A stretch of DNA of 59,904 nucleotides from Reclinomonas americana ATCC 50394 (GCA_048213135.1 PS015406.1:1-59904); one strand, 5' to 3'. Shown: positions 42,121 to 54,828, counted from the stretch's first letter. Program-made: numbers and translations. The notes: a model not told the origin generated them from the sequence alone.

Positions 42121-42813
42121 TTTTTCGTCACGGGGTGTGCTCTGCTCCAAGGAATGCAAAAAATACAACACGCCGGAGAAGACAGGTTCAGTTGGATTCT
42201 GTTGCCGGATTCATGTTGTCTGGCGTAGCGTGACCAGTAAATCTGTGTTGGCGCATCGGACGATAAGCTGTACATGTGTCAACAGACGACAAGTTTTTAC
42301 GCACTCTGCCGTGTCCAGGGGGCTGAGAGTTCGTGCATTGTCCGCGCGTGAAAGTCGACTGCAGAGGGTGCAACTGCAGTCAGTACATCCTTCAAAAAAA
42401 TCAACAACTGATGGCGCAAAAATGGCAAAGTTGCCACTAATTGCAAGTTCCACAATCTGGAGTGTTGCAGTAGTCAGCTGCCGGGAACAACATCTGCACT
42501 GATATCAACCGCAGCAGCCAGAGCGAGACTCACCGCTCGCTCCAGAGAGCCGACGGCGGAGCGCGTGACAAAACGATGTTGACAACTCCGCGTAATGTAC
42601 AAGCGACTTCGGTAGACAACGAAGTCTTTGTCACTGTGTAGGCACTTAGAACTTGCTGTCTTGTAGCCAACTATCCTGTCGCCCTGAACACAGTTCAGAC
42701 ACCCACAGTTGCACTGCTGTACATTGCCTCACTGTGCCCATTAACTGACACAGACGGTATGCACAACTAGCTCACCTTCTCACCGTTCCCCTTTTTTCTC
42801 TCTCTCTCTGCCA

Positions 42814-43260
42814 CTACCAACACCAACTCCTGTACAACAGCGCATTCGCATCCTCCCGCAAAAAGCATCGCAGCACCATCAGCGGCAGCGGCTCCGGTGC
42901 ATCGGCATCCAATCCATCCATCTCACGCATCGCACCCAACGCGGCATCCACTCCCGCCACCTCCTGCTCCAGACACCAGCTGCGACTCCACGGTCCTGGA
43001 CACAAGACAACACGATTGAATTGCATACCCGCCTCTCACACTTGCAGTTCCCCTCTCTCTCTTGATGGCAAGGCTCTGATAAGAGCAGTAGCATGGGAAA
43101 CAACAAGCACCTGCAGCCCACACTCGAATTGCACCATCCCACGACACCGACACGATGCGACCGTCGCGTAACGCATCGGCTCCACTCGCCCAACCCTCAT
43201 GTCCACGAAAGACAGCAACACACTGGCGCCTGCCGACGTGCCACACACGCACCGTCATGT
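42814..43260 (-). CDS. WD40 protein, C-terminal exons with ...LPLMVLRCF motif
   Basis: DMTVRVWHV...GHEGW...[12 protein letters not shown], then the final exon ending at stop 42814. Confidence 0.8.
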
Positions 43261-43532
43261 CTGCTCGCAAACTATCATTTGTCAGCAGACCCAGCACCAA
43301 GGAGTTACACAGAAGGGCAAAGCGAGGTGACAGGCACGGGCAGCGTGAGCAGAGGTAGGGACGGGGAAGAGTGAGTGGACCAGGGAGTGGGCAAGTGATG
43401 TTGCAGAGAAGGGCTAAGAGAGGAGGACGATGGAGCACCACTAAGAACTATGACAACGAACACCACCACCATAGCAACAACAACAACAACAACAACCACA
43501 ACAACAACACCACCACCACCAACAACAACACC

Positions 43533-43564
<32 letters not shown>

Positions 43565-44355
43565 NNNNNNNNNNNNNNNNNNNNNNNNNNNNNNNNNNNN
43601 NNNNNNNNNNNNNNNNNNNNNNNNNNNNNNNNNNNNNNNNNNNNNNNNNNNNNNNNNNNNNNNNNNNNNNNNNNNNNNNNNNNNNNNNNNNNNNNNNNNN
43701 NNNNNNNNNNNNNNNNNNNNNNNNNNNNNNNNNNNNNNNNNNNNNNNNNNNNNNNNNNNNNNNNNNNNNNNNNNNNNNNNNNNNNNNNNNNNNNNNNNNN
43801 NNNNNNNNNNNNNNNNNNNNNNNNNNNNNNNNNNNNNNNNNNNNNNNNNNNNNNNNNNNNNNNNNNNNNNNNNNNNNNNNNNNNNNNNNNNNNNNNNNNN
43901 NNNNNNNNNNNNNNNNNNNNNNNNNNNNNNNNTCGGTCTTCCCTCTCTCGCTCATGGATGCTCTTGCTCCATCCAACCCTCCATTTCATCAACCATCTCT
44001 TTTCTCTCCTTCTCTCTCGTTCTCAGTCGCCCGTCCATTAGTGCACGTCACTCTTGCGCCATGGTCGCGATTATCCCGTGGCCTCCTTCATTCTCATGCA
44101 CACTTCTCCACTGCACTTGCCACCTCGTGTCTCTCCTTCTCTCTCGATCGCCCTGCTCCCTGCTCTCTTCGCGCATTCTACTCTCGCGGAATGAATGGGC
44201 TCTCTCTCTCTCTCTCTCCTCTTTCTCTCGCTTGCCCTGCACCTGATCTTTGCCTCTCTCGCGCACTCTCCCTTGTCTTCCTCCTCCCTGTCCGCTTTCC
44301 CTTCCCCTCCTTCCCCTCTCACTCTCCCTTGTCCTCCTTATCCCCTTCCTCGCAG

Positions 44356-45073
44356 CTTGTGGCCGCGGGCGGCAATTGCGGCCGCCACTCCCCCACCTGT
44401 CTCCGCATCTTTGGCATGTTCGAGAGCGCCACGCAAGACGGGCGGCAGCTGGCTGCGCCGACCGATTTCGCGGAAGATCTAGGCAGCGTGGCGTTCTCGC
44501 CGACCGACTGGCAGGTGTTGCTGAGCGGCGGCCACGCCACTGAGCCCTCGGTGATTCGCTGGGACTTGTCGGAGGTTTGGGAGACTGGACGTGCGCGAGT
44601 CGTGTGGCGCAACGACGAGGATCACGCTGACGCGGTGGTGGCCATGGCCGTCACTCGCGACAACCAATACGTGGTCACCGGCAGCTACGACTACTCCATT
44701 CGACTGCTGCTCCTGTCGACGGGTGAAGTGGTACGCGAATTCGACACATCGGACGTCAACATTGAGGGCGTCAATGCGCTGGCGCTGATAGCCGGCGACT
44801 CAATCGCCATCAGTGGATCAAATGACGGCACGACCATTTGGTGGCGCGTGGCGACCGGGAAACCCGACAGAGAGGGGGAGTACTTTCCATTCAGCAACGC
44901 CATCGCTGTGTCGCCGGATGAGAGTCTGGTGGCAACGGGCGGCAACAATGGTTCGCTGCGCTTGTACGACAGCGCAACTCGGACGCAGGTGTGCAAATTG
45001 GGAGGTCACACGGACGAGATTGCGTCGCTTCATTTTACCGACGACGGGAGTCACCTGATCAGTGCCTCGCACG
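44356..45073 (+). CDS. WD40 protein, internal exon (likely the same gene as 42814-43260; contig appears flipped)
   Basis: WD40 repeats end ISASH-G|GTTGCG; a phase-1 join to AC ATG ACG at 43260 gives ISASHDMTVRVW. Confidence 0.8.
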
Positions 45074-45385
45074 GTTGCGTTGTGAGTGTTGTTGTTGTTG
45101 TTGTAGTCGAAGGGACTGCGTGTCGGATCAATGAGATGTGTGGGATGAGTGAGAGAGAGATAGAGGGGGGAGAGGGAGAGAGAGAGAGAGAGGAGACTGT
45201 GCTAAAGGCTGGGACGAGGCGCGCGGGAAAGTGTGTGAGAATGTGCGCATCCAGCTGAGTGATTGAGATGAGGAATGAGTGAGAGAGAGACCTCTTCTTG
45301 TTCTTCTTCTTCTTCTTCTTCATCCTTCATTTTGACCGTCTTCTTGTTCTTGTTCTTTTTCGTCTTCATTTCGATAGTCATGTTA

Positions 45386-45416
<31 letters not shown>

Positions 45417-45690
45417 TGTTGTTGTTGTTGTTGTTGTTGCTGCTGTTGCTGCTGTTGTTGTTGTTGTTATTGTTGTTGTTGCTGTTGCTGTTGCTGTTGC
45501 TGNNNNNNNNNNNNNNNNNNNNNNNNNNNNNNNNNNNNNNNNNNNNNNNNNNNNNNNNNNNNNNNNNNNNNNNNNNNNNNNNNNNNNNNNNNNNNNNNNN
45601 NNNNNNNNNNNNNNNNNNNNNNNNNNNNNNNNNNNNNNNNNNNNNNNNNNNNNNNNNNNNNNNNNNNNNNNNNNNNNNNNNNNNNNNNNN

Positions 45691-46878
45691 TGTGCTGCAG
45701 TCGGCACTCCGTTTCTGCCACAAGAATGAGACACAACATCAGTGTCATGATACGCTCCTTTCCTCACAGAGCACACTCACCAAGATGCCGCTGCATATCC
45801 GCCAATGCACACTGCTGCTGACATCCACGCGGACACGCCCGCATGCATCCACTCCAGCTGTGCTCCACCATCTCACTCAGTGCCATCCGTGCTCCACACC
45901 CGAGTGGACACTCTCGCAGGCATCCACTCCACTCGTGCTCCGCCGTGCGATCCAGTGTCATCTGCTGTCCACATCGCTCGCATGCATGCGGGCACTGCGT
46001 CAGGCCATGCGTGCGATAATAGTCGCCGATAGTCTGGTAATCCACCAGTGAGGAGAAAGAATCAAGCAGAGCAAATCTCAATGACAACACAAACCATGGA
46101 TGCATGGCAGAGAGGACATGCAATCTGTTTTCGTGAGTACACAGTGTAGAAAACACGCACACATTTCATGGAGAACAGCAGCATGCACACCTTCAAGTTC
46201 TCATACGTCAGTCGCAGTCGGCGTTGCACCTCATGCGCCGTGGCACGAGACGTGACTCCGTCGCCACACAGATCCACTCCGGCCTCCGTCACGTGCTCAC
46301 TGTCACGGGCATCAGCTCCGCAACACCAACAACGTCGAGAACAAACATGAAGTTTCCTCACCGGCACAAGTGATGAAGCTCGCTGGCGCACAACACAAAG
46401 TCCAGTGTGCACAGATCCTGAAAGAGGGAAAAGAGAGTACTCCGAGTCATTACACAATCGATGCGCACTGAGAGAGTGAGAGAGACAGAGAGGAGGAGGA
46501 GGAGGAGGAGAAGGATCTCCTCTCCTCTCTTCTTCCTCCCTCTCCCTTCCGTTCTCCTCCCTTCCCCTTCTCCCTCCCACTCACCAAACACACTGGACAC
46601 ACATAATCCTCCGCCTTTTCCCGCGACTCCTGCGCCACATGCTCCATCCACAAACGCGGAGGCTTCTTCTCCTCTCCCACTTCCGATGAAGGGTGACGAC
46701 GACGATGCACAGCACGCACCACACAAAACACATGTTGCTCCTCAGCGAGTGCATTCCTCACTCGCATCACTTGCTGCTCGAGAACAATCTCATCCTCGGA
46801 AGCAGGAGGAGGAATGGGTGGAGGAGGAGCAGATCCGCTGCCTTCTCCACCACCTCCACCAATGTCCTCAAAGCCCAT
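45691..46878 (-). CDS. RING-like + TRAF-type zinc finger protein, N-terminal half (TRAF-TLDc paralogue)
   Basis: MGFEDIGGG..., CPVCL|DLC..C...HHLC, repeated C..CG..M....EH...C fingers; closely similar to 50370-52100. Confidence 0.8.
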
Positions 46879-47096
46879 TTCTCCGTCAACGAACACAACA
46901 ATGAAGAGAGTGTGGGACGAGGACATGATGGCACAGGACGCCTCCTTCTCTCACGGTGGCAGCGCATCACTGTACACGGCTTACTGCATGCAGAGACAGA
47001 GAGAGAGAGAGAGCACTGCTGACAACCAAACACGCAACGTCGACCATGTCACTGTTGATGTTACATTCTCCTCACACTCTTTGTTTTGTGGGGTGA

Positions 47097-48382
47097 TCAC
47101 TCGACGAGGAACACTTCGTAGTCTGCCACTTGGAACTTCTGAGTTCCCATCAACGTCGTGCTGTCCACTGCTCCGCCGTCTGTGCTCTGGAACGAAACCT
47201 GAGGGTTGCTGCAGCTGTTGCTGTTGATGTTGCAGTCGGCATACAGGCCAATTCCACCATGGAATCCGATCAACGGCCCATATTCAACACTGAGAAGAAC
47301 GGCACAATCTTTTTGGTCGCTCTTCAGTGCAAAGCGCCGCGCACGGGCACCACTCCACGACGCCGAGAACAGGAAGGTGGTGCCAGATGGATCGGTAGCC
47401 CAACCACCCGCAGACTGAAACGACACAGGCATGTACGCGCCACACACTCGTCCCGTCGACGACTTGATCACAATCAGCGTCGCGCTGCGCACAGTCACTC
47501 GCCAGTCAGTCATCAGCCACAAGCTGTCCTTCTCCCATTTCTCAATCACGCACCCACGGTTGTCACATTTCTGATGGAATGTGGCTAACTTGAACCCATC
47601 CCTACTGGCCTTGAACAGCAACGTCAGCTTGGGCTCTCTCCCACCGCCTCCTCGTGCTTGCTGCACCCATTGCAGCACCACTCGTCCATCCGCCGCACTC
47701 AGGAGGTCGCTGTCGATCTTCCTCATCGCCAGCTCGCGCTCCTCCCGCTCCCTGGCCTGCCTCTCTTGCTCCTCCTGCTTCCCGGCCAACCGCTCACGTT
47801 CAGCCGCCTCGCGTTCCTGGTGCGCTCGTTCGCGCATCTCCAGCGGCTCGAGACGATCGAGCAGCTGCAGATGGATAGGAGACAAAGTGAGGAGAGGAGA
47901 ACTCAAATCTGTACACCGGTAAGCACAAAACACAGACCTCAGCAACACGTCTCTCCAGAGATTCGCGCATGCGCCGCTCAGCAGCCAGCTCATCGCGAGT
48001 CGCTCGAGTCGCCTGTCGCTCTTCAGCTAGTTGTTGGCGGCACTCGACAAGTTGCTCCCTGCTCTCAGCCAGCAGCTGCGACAGCTCGCGCACTGGGCCA
48101 TGTTGCTGTGCGAGCAACGGAAGGCGGATCCAGCATGAATGAATGACCTAGCAGCATCCACTGTTCATCGCTCCAACTCACCTCTCGCAATGGTTGCCGC
48201 AGCACATCACACTCTCGCTCATGCTTCTCTCTCTCTCTTCCGCACTGATTCCACGCCATGCACACCCCAGTTCACCACCACGACACGCTGTGTGCTGCAG
48301 TCGGCACTCCGTTTCTGTCACAGAGACACAACATAAGTGTCATGATACGCTCCTTTCCTCACAGAGCACACTCACCAAGATG
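47097..48382 (-). CDS. TRAF finger end + coiled coil + TLDc domain (C-terminal half, paralogue A)
   Basis: LLFKASRDGF..TFHQKCDNRG, TLIVIKS..GRVCGAY, FLFS, YGP, FQVADYEVF. Confidence 0.88.
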
Positions 48383-48420
48383 NNNNNNNNNNNNNNNNNN
48401 NNNNNNNNNNNACGTACGAC

Positions 48421-48469
<49 letters not shown>

Positions 48470-48545
48470 ACTGCTGACAACCAAACACGCAACGTCGACC
48501 CTGTCACTGTTACATTCTCCTCACACTCTTTGTTTTGTGTGGTGA

Positions 48546-49831
48546 TCACTTAACGAGGAACACTTCGTAATCTGCCACCTGGAAGTGCTCCGTTCCCATC
48601 AACGTCGTGTCGTCGCATGTTCCACCGTCGGTGCTCTGGAATGAGTACATGTTGCTGCCGCTGTTGCTGTTGATATTGCAGTCGTCAAACAAGCCAATTC
48701 CACCATAGCATCCAATGCATGGTCCATATCCAGCGGAGTGAAGAACAGCATACTGTTTCTGATCTTCCTTGAGGGCAAAATGTCGAGCACCCGCACCAGT
48801 CCACGACGCCGAGAACAAGAAAGTGGTGCCAGATGGATCGGCGACCCATTCACCCGACGCGTGAGTGTTAAACGACACAGGCGTGTACGCGCCACACACT
48901 CGTCCCGTCGACGACTTGACCACAGTCAGCGTTGCTCTGCACACACGTAATCACTCATCCATCAGTCATCAAGCGGCCATACGCTGTTTTGCTCCCCTTC
49001 CCTCAATCACGCACCCACGGTTGTCACATTGCTGATGGAAGGTGGCAGTCCTGAATCCATCTCGGCTGCCTTTGAACAACAAATACAACACGGGCGCCCT
49101 CCCACCACCTCGCGCTTGCTGTACCCACTGCAGCAACACACGCGCATCCGCCGCACTCAGCAGATCGCTGCTGCTGATCTTCCTCTCCGATCGCTCGCGC
49201 TTCTCTCGTTCCCTGGCCAGCCGCTCCTGCTCCTCACGCTCCCTCGCCACGCGCTCCCGCTCCTCCTGCTCCCCGGCCAACCGCTCACGTTCAGCCGCCT
49301 CCCTTTCCTGAATCGCTCGTTCACGCATCTCCAGCGGCTTGAGACGGGCGAGCAGCTGCAGATAGACAGAAGTGAAGAGATGAAGGTGCCCTGCGTTAGC
49401 ATTCATACAACAGACCTCAGCAACACCTCTCTCAAGAGTTTCGCGCATGTGCCGCTCAGATGCAAGTTGCTCACGAGCGGCTTGATTCTCGGCTTCCCTC
49501 GCCTGCCGCTCAGCAGCCAGCTCATCGCGAGTCGCTTGAATCGCCTGTCGCTCCTCAGCAAGAAGCTGGCGACACTCGACAAGTTGCTCGTGATCAGTTT
49601 GCCTCGCCTCTCTCTCCTGAGCCACCATCTGCGACAACTCTCGCACTCGGCCATGCAGCTGCGGACACAACAGAATCACATCAGCTGCACGAATGGTCCA
49701 CAGTCAATCATTCTTACTCGCCTCTCGCAGCGGTCGCTCCACTCGCAACACATCACACAGTCGTTCATGTTCCTCCTTCTCGCCAATGATACCACGCCAT
49801 TCACACCCCAGCTCACAGCCACGACACACTG
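48546..49831 (-). CDS. TRAF finger end + coiled coil + TLDc domain (C-terminal half, paralogue B)
   Basis: LLFKGSRDGFRTATFHQQCDNRG...FQVADYEVFLVK. Confidence 0.88.
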
Positions 49832-50239
49832 NNNNNNNNNNNNNNNNNNNNNNNNNNNNNNNNNNNNNNNNNNNNNNNNNNNNNNNNNNNNNNNNNNNNN
49901 NNNNNNNNNNNNNNNNNNNNNNNNNNNNNNNNNNNNNNNNNNNNNNNNNNNNNNNNNNNNNNNNNNNNNNNNNNNNNNNNNNNNNNNNNNNNNNNNNNNN
50001 NNNNNNNNNNNNNNNNNNNNNNNNNNNNNNNNNNNNNNNNNNNNNNNNNNNNNNNNNNNNNNNNNNNNNNNNNNNNNNNNNNNNNNNNNNNNNNNNNNNN
50101 NNNNNNNNNNNNNNNNNNNNNNNNNNNNNNNNNNNNNNNNNNNNNNNNNNNNNCGTTAAGTGATCACCACACAAAACAAAGAGTGTGAGGAGAATGTAAC
50201 AGTGACAGGGTCGACGTTGCGTGTTTGGTTGTCAGCAGT

Positions 50240-50278
<39 letters not shown>

Positions 50279-50369
50279 ATGCAGTGAGTCGTGCACAGTG
50301 ATGCACCCAGAAGCGCCGTGCCATCGTGTCCTCGTCCCACTCTCTCTTCATTGTTGTGTCGACGGAGGA

Positions 50370-53300
50370 ATGGGCTTTGAGGACATTGGTGGAGGTGGTG
50401 GAGAAGGCAGTGGATCTGCTCCTCCTCCTCTCTCTCCGCCTGCTTCCGAGGATGAGATTGTTCTCGAGCAGCAAGTGATGCGAGTGAGGAATGCACTCGC
50501 TGAGGAGCAACATGTGTTTTGTGTGGTGCGCGCTGTGCATCGTCGTCGTCACCCTTCATCTGAGGTGGGAGAGGGGATGGCAAAGCCTCCGCGTTTGTGG
50601 ATGGAGCATGTGGTGCAGGAGTCGCGGGAAAAGGCTGAGGATTATGTGTGTCCAGTGTGTTTGGTGAGTGGGAGGGAGAAGGAGGGAAGGGAGGAGAAGG
50701 GAATGGAGAGGGAGAGAGGGAGAGGGAGAGGAGAAGAGAGGATGGACACCCCCTGCATGCAACTGTCTGCGTCTTTTGTATTTTGTGTCCGCCACTCTTT
50801 GGTTTGCTGTGCATTCTTGTGTGTGCGTGTGGGTGCGTGCGTGTGTTTGTATGCATCTATCCTCTTCTCTGTATGTATTGCGTGGGATTACTCTTGTGTT
50901 GCACTTCAATCTCTTCTCACTCTCTCACATTCTCTCCTTTCCTTGTCCATCCTTCTCTCCTTCTCCTTCCTCTTTCCTCTTGCTCTCTCTCTCTCTCTGT
51001 GCATCGATCGTGGCGTGACGCTGTGTGTGATTGTATGTGTCCCCCCTCGCGTTTGCTCTGTTTCTCTTTGCGCTCTTGCGTGCGTGTGCTTTGTGTGTAC
51101 ATCTCTCCTCCTCTCTCTCTGTGTGCGTGAGTGGAAACGCTATTGTGTTGCACGAATTCCCCTCTATGTCGTTCTCTCTCTGTGCATCGATTATGTTTTG
51201 AATCACTGCTTGTGCATGTCCCCCCCGCGCGCGCTATCTCTTGTTTCACGGTGTGCGTGTGCGTAAATGAGTGAGGGATTGCTCTTGTGTTTCCGCGTCT
51301 GTCTTTCATATATTCTCACTCTCTGCACTGATCCTGACGTGACCCTCTTTCCATCTTACAGGACTTGTGCACTCTGGACTTTGTGTTGTGCGCCAGCGAG
51401 TTGCATCATTTGTGCCGGTGAGGAATCGGTTATGATGCTCCCGAGTTTGTTGGTGTTGTGAGACTGATGCCCGCAACAGTGAGCACGTGACGGAGGCCGG
51501 AGTGGATCTGTGTGGCGATGGAGTCACGTCTCGTGCCACGGCGCATGAGGTGCAACGCCGACTGCGGTTGACGTATGAGAACTTGAAGGTGTGCATGCTG
51601 CTGTTCTCCATGAAGTGTGTGCGTGTTTTCTTCACTGTGTTCTCACACTTAGGTGACGAAAACAGATCACATGCCCGCTGTGCCACGCACCCATGGTTTG
51701 TGCTGTCATGCAGAGTTGCTAGTACTTGGATTCTCTCTCCTCACTTGTGGATGAGCAGACGGTGGGCGACTATTACCGCACACATGCCCTGACGCAGTGC
51801 CCGTATGCGTGCGAGCGGTGTGGACAACAGATGACATTGGATCGCATGGTGGAGCATGAGTGGAGTGGATGCTTGCGAGAGTGTCCACTTGGGTGTGGCG
51901 CGCGACTGGCGCTGAGTGAGCTGGTCGAGCACAGCTGGAGTGGATGCATGCGGGCGTGTCCGCGTGGATGCCAGCAAAAGTGTTCACTGGCGGAGATGCA
52001 GCGGCATCTTGGTGAGTGTTCTTGGAAGGAGAGAGGTGTGGATCATGACACTGATGTTGTGTCTCTGTGGCAGAAACGGAGTGCCGACTGCAGCACACAG
52101 TTTGTCGTGGTGGTGAATTAGGGTGCGGGTGGCGTGGTATTATTGGTGAGCGAGAGGAGCATGAGCGAGTGTGCGATGTGCTGCGAGTGGAGCGACCGCT
52201 GCGAGAGGTGAGTAAGAATGATTGACTGTGGACCATTCGTACATCTGATGTGAATCTGCTGTGAGCGCAGCTTCATGGCCGAGTGCGAGAGGTATCTCAG
52301 ATGGTGGCTCAGGAGAGAGAGGCGAGGCAAGTTGTTGAAGATCGACTGGCTCGCGAGGAGCGATCGGGGCAAGTTACCGCTGAGCGACTGGCCGATTGTG
52401 TGGGAATGCTTGTCGAGTGCCGCCAGCAGCTGGCTGAAGAGCGACAGGCCAGGCAAGCTGAGTTGCAGGCTGAGCGGCGCGTGCGCGAATATCTGGAAAG
52501 AGGTGTTGCTGAGGTCTGTTGCGATTTCGGTGGACTGATTCGAGTTCTCCTCCCCACTCAATCTCCTGTCTATCTGCAGCTGCTCGCCCGTCTCGAGCCG
52601 CTGGAGATGCGCGAACGAGCGATCCATGAACGCGAGGCGGCTGAACGCGAGCGGCTGGCCAGGGAGCAGGAGGAGCGAGAGAGGCAGGCCAGAGAGCGAG
52701 AGGAGCGGGAGCGCGAAGCAAGGGAACGAGAGGAGCGGGAGCGTGCGGAGAGGAAGATCGACAGCGATCTGCTGTGTGCAGCAGATGGACGAGTGGTGCT
52801 GCAATGGGTGCAGCAGGCGCGTGGTGGTGGCGAGAAGGTGCCCAAGCTGACGTTGCTGTTCAAGGCCAGTAGGGATGGGTTCAAGTTAGCCACATTCCAT
52901 CAGAAATGTGACAACCGTGGGTGCGTGATTGAGGGAATGAGTACTCTTGTTGTAATCGAAGACTGACTGGCGAGTGACTGTGCGCAGAGCGACGCTGACT
53001 GTGGTCAAGTCGTCGACCGGGCGAGTGTGTGGCGCGTACACGCCTTTGTCGTTTAATACTCACGCGTCGGGTAAATGGGTCGCCGATCCATCTGGCTCCA
53101 CCTTCCTGTTCTCCGCATCGTGGAGCGGTGCCAGTGCGCGACGCTTTGCACTGAAGGACGATCAGAAACAGTTTGCCGTTCATCACGTCGCTGGACTTGG
53201 ACCGTGGATTGGATTCTCTGGTGGAATCGGCTTGCAGGAAGACTGCAACAGCAACAGCAACAGCGGTAGTAACGTTCGCTCGTTCCAGAGCACGGACGGT

Positions 53301-53378
53301 GGAGTACTAGACAATACGACGTTGATGGGATCGCAGAACTTTCAAGTGGCAGACTACGAAGTGTTCCTTGTTGAATGA
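50370..53378 (+). CDS. Complete RING-like-TRAF zinc fingers-coiled coil-TLDc protein
   Basis: Spliced model: CPVCL|DLCTLDFVLCASELHHLCR|EH...C, ITCPLCH, 3-4 TRAF-like fingers, E/R-rich coiled coil, TLDc ending FQVADYEVFLVE*. Confidence 0.85.
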
Positions 53379-53775
53379 ACGATCCTTTTGACAACAACGT
53401 TAACCAAGGCTCGGTTTGTGCACTATACTCGACTTCGCGACTGCTCTGGTTTTCCTCGCACGCTCGCGGTATTATATGTGGAACTCTAACCTCTGTCGTC
53501 CGATATCGTGTGCTTGCATGCGTACTCGATCGGTGCAGCTGGCGTTTGCTTGCAGAGTGAGTGGAGGTGGAAGACAGCCGGTGCTGCAGCTTGGGCGTGC
53601 GAGCTGTGGAGAGGGCTCAAGTGCGCGACGTCGACTTCGCGGCATCTAAATGCGCGTCACTGCCTTCTGCACAAAGTAACCTTTTTACGTGCCTTTACTT
53701 GCCCGCTGAGACACAACAGCAGCAAGCTGCGAAGTTGTCTCGTCCTCATTTCGTCCCAAGATTCACTGATTCGCA

Positions 53776-54770
53776 ATGTCGTCTCCGCGCACAACAGAGG
53801 TGCGTATCTCTCTCTCTCTCACGCACACACTCACAGTCATAAGTAAGTGAGAGAACAAGCGAGATGAGCTCACGGCATGTGTGTGTTTGAGAGAGAAAGG
53901 CGGGAGAGTGTGAGAAAACGCAGACAAACTTTCTCATGTTCCTCTGTTGCCCTCTCTACCTCCTCTCTGATGCGTGTATATTCAGTCCTCTCCGTCTCCC
54001 TCTCACACTAACATTCAGAGGGCAAGTGTGTGTTTGAGAGAGAGAGAGAGAACGAGAAAGGAGAGAGAATGCAAGGAAACACTATATTTCCTCACTCACT
54101 CCTCTTGTGTGAGAGTATGCATGAGTGCGTTGTCTGTACTGAGAGAGAGAGAGAGAGAGAGACTGAGAGAGAGACTGAGAGAGAGACTGAGCTCTCTCTC
54201 TCTCTCTCTCTCACGCACTTGCACTCACTCCCTTTCTCCCACATCACATGCATATGCGCATCTTCCCTCTCCCTTTCTCTCCCTTCCCTCTCTCTCCTCC
54301 CAGTGGCGCCACCGCCGCGCAGCCGACGCCTCCCACTCCGGCACTCCCCCTTCCTCCACGCCCTCTCCTCTCGCCCAAGCCGCAGCAGCAGCAGCCGACG
54401 ACGACGAAGACGCCAGTGGCCTGATCTCTCTGCAGTCACCGCCTGCCTCCTCCATGTCTTCGCCTCCTCCTGTTCCTCCCGCTGCTTCTTCTTCGTCAAC
54501 GATGGATCCTGTCACGCGAGCACTGGCTGCGGAGGGCGAGCGACGAGCAGCGGCGATTGAGGAGGCGCGGAGGTCGTCGGATCCGATGCCGGCCCCGCTC
54601 AAGCGGTTCTCGTCGACTGGGTCGACGGAGGGTGGGATTGGTGAGATGCGGGTGGAAGGGAGGGAGGAGAGGAAGGGAGAAGGGAGGAAGAAAGGGAGAA
54701 GGGGGAAGAGAAGGCAAATTGATTGAGAAAGACGCCAGGAAGAGGGAGTGAGAACGAGAGGCAGAGTAGG

Positions 54771-54828
<58 letters not shown>

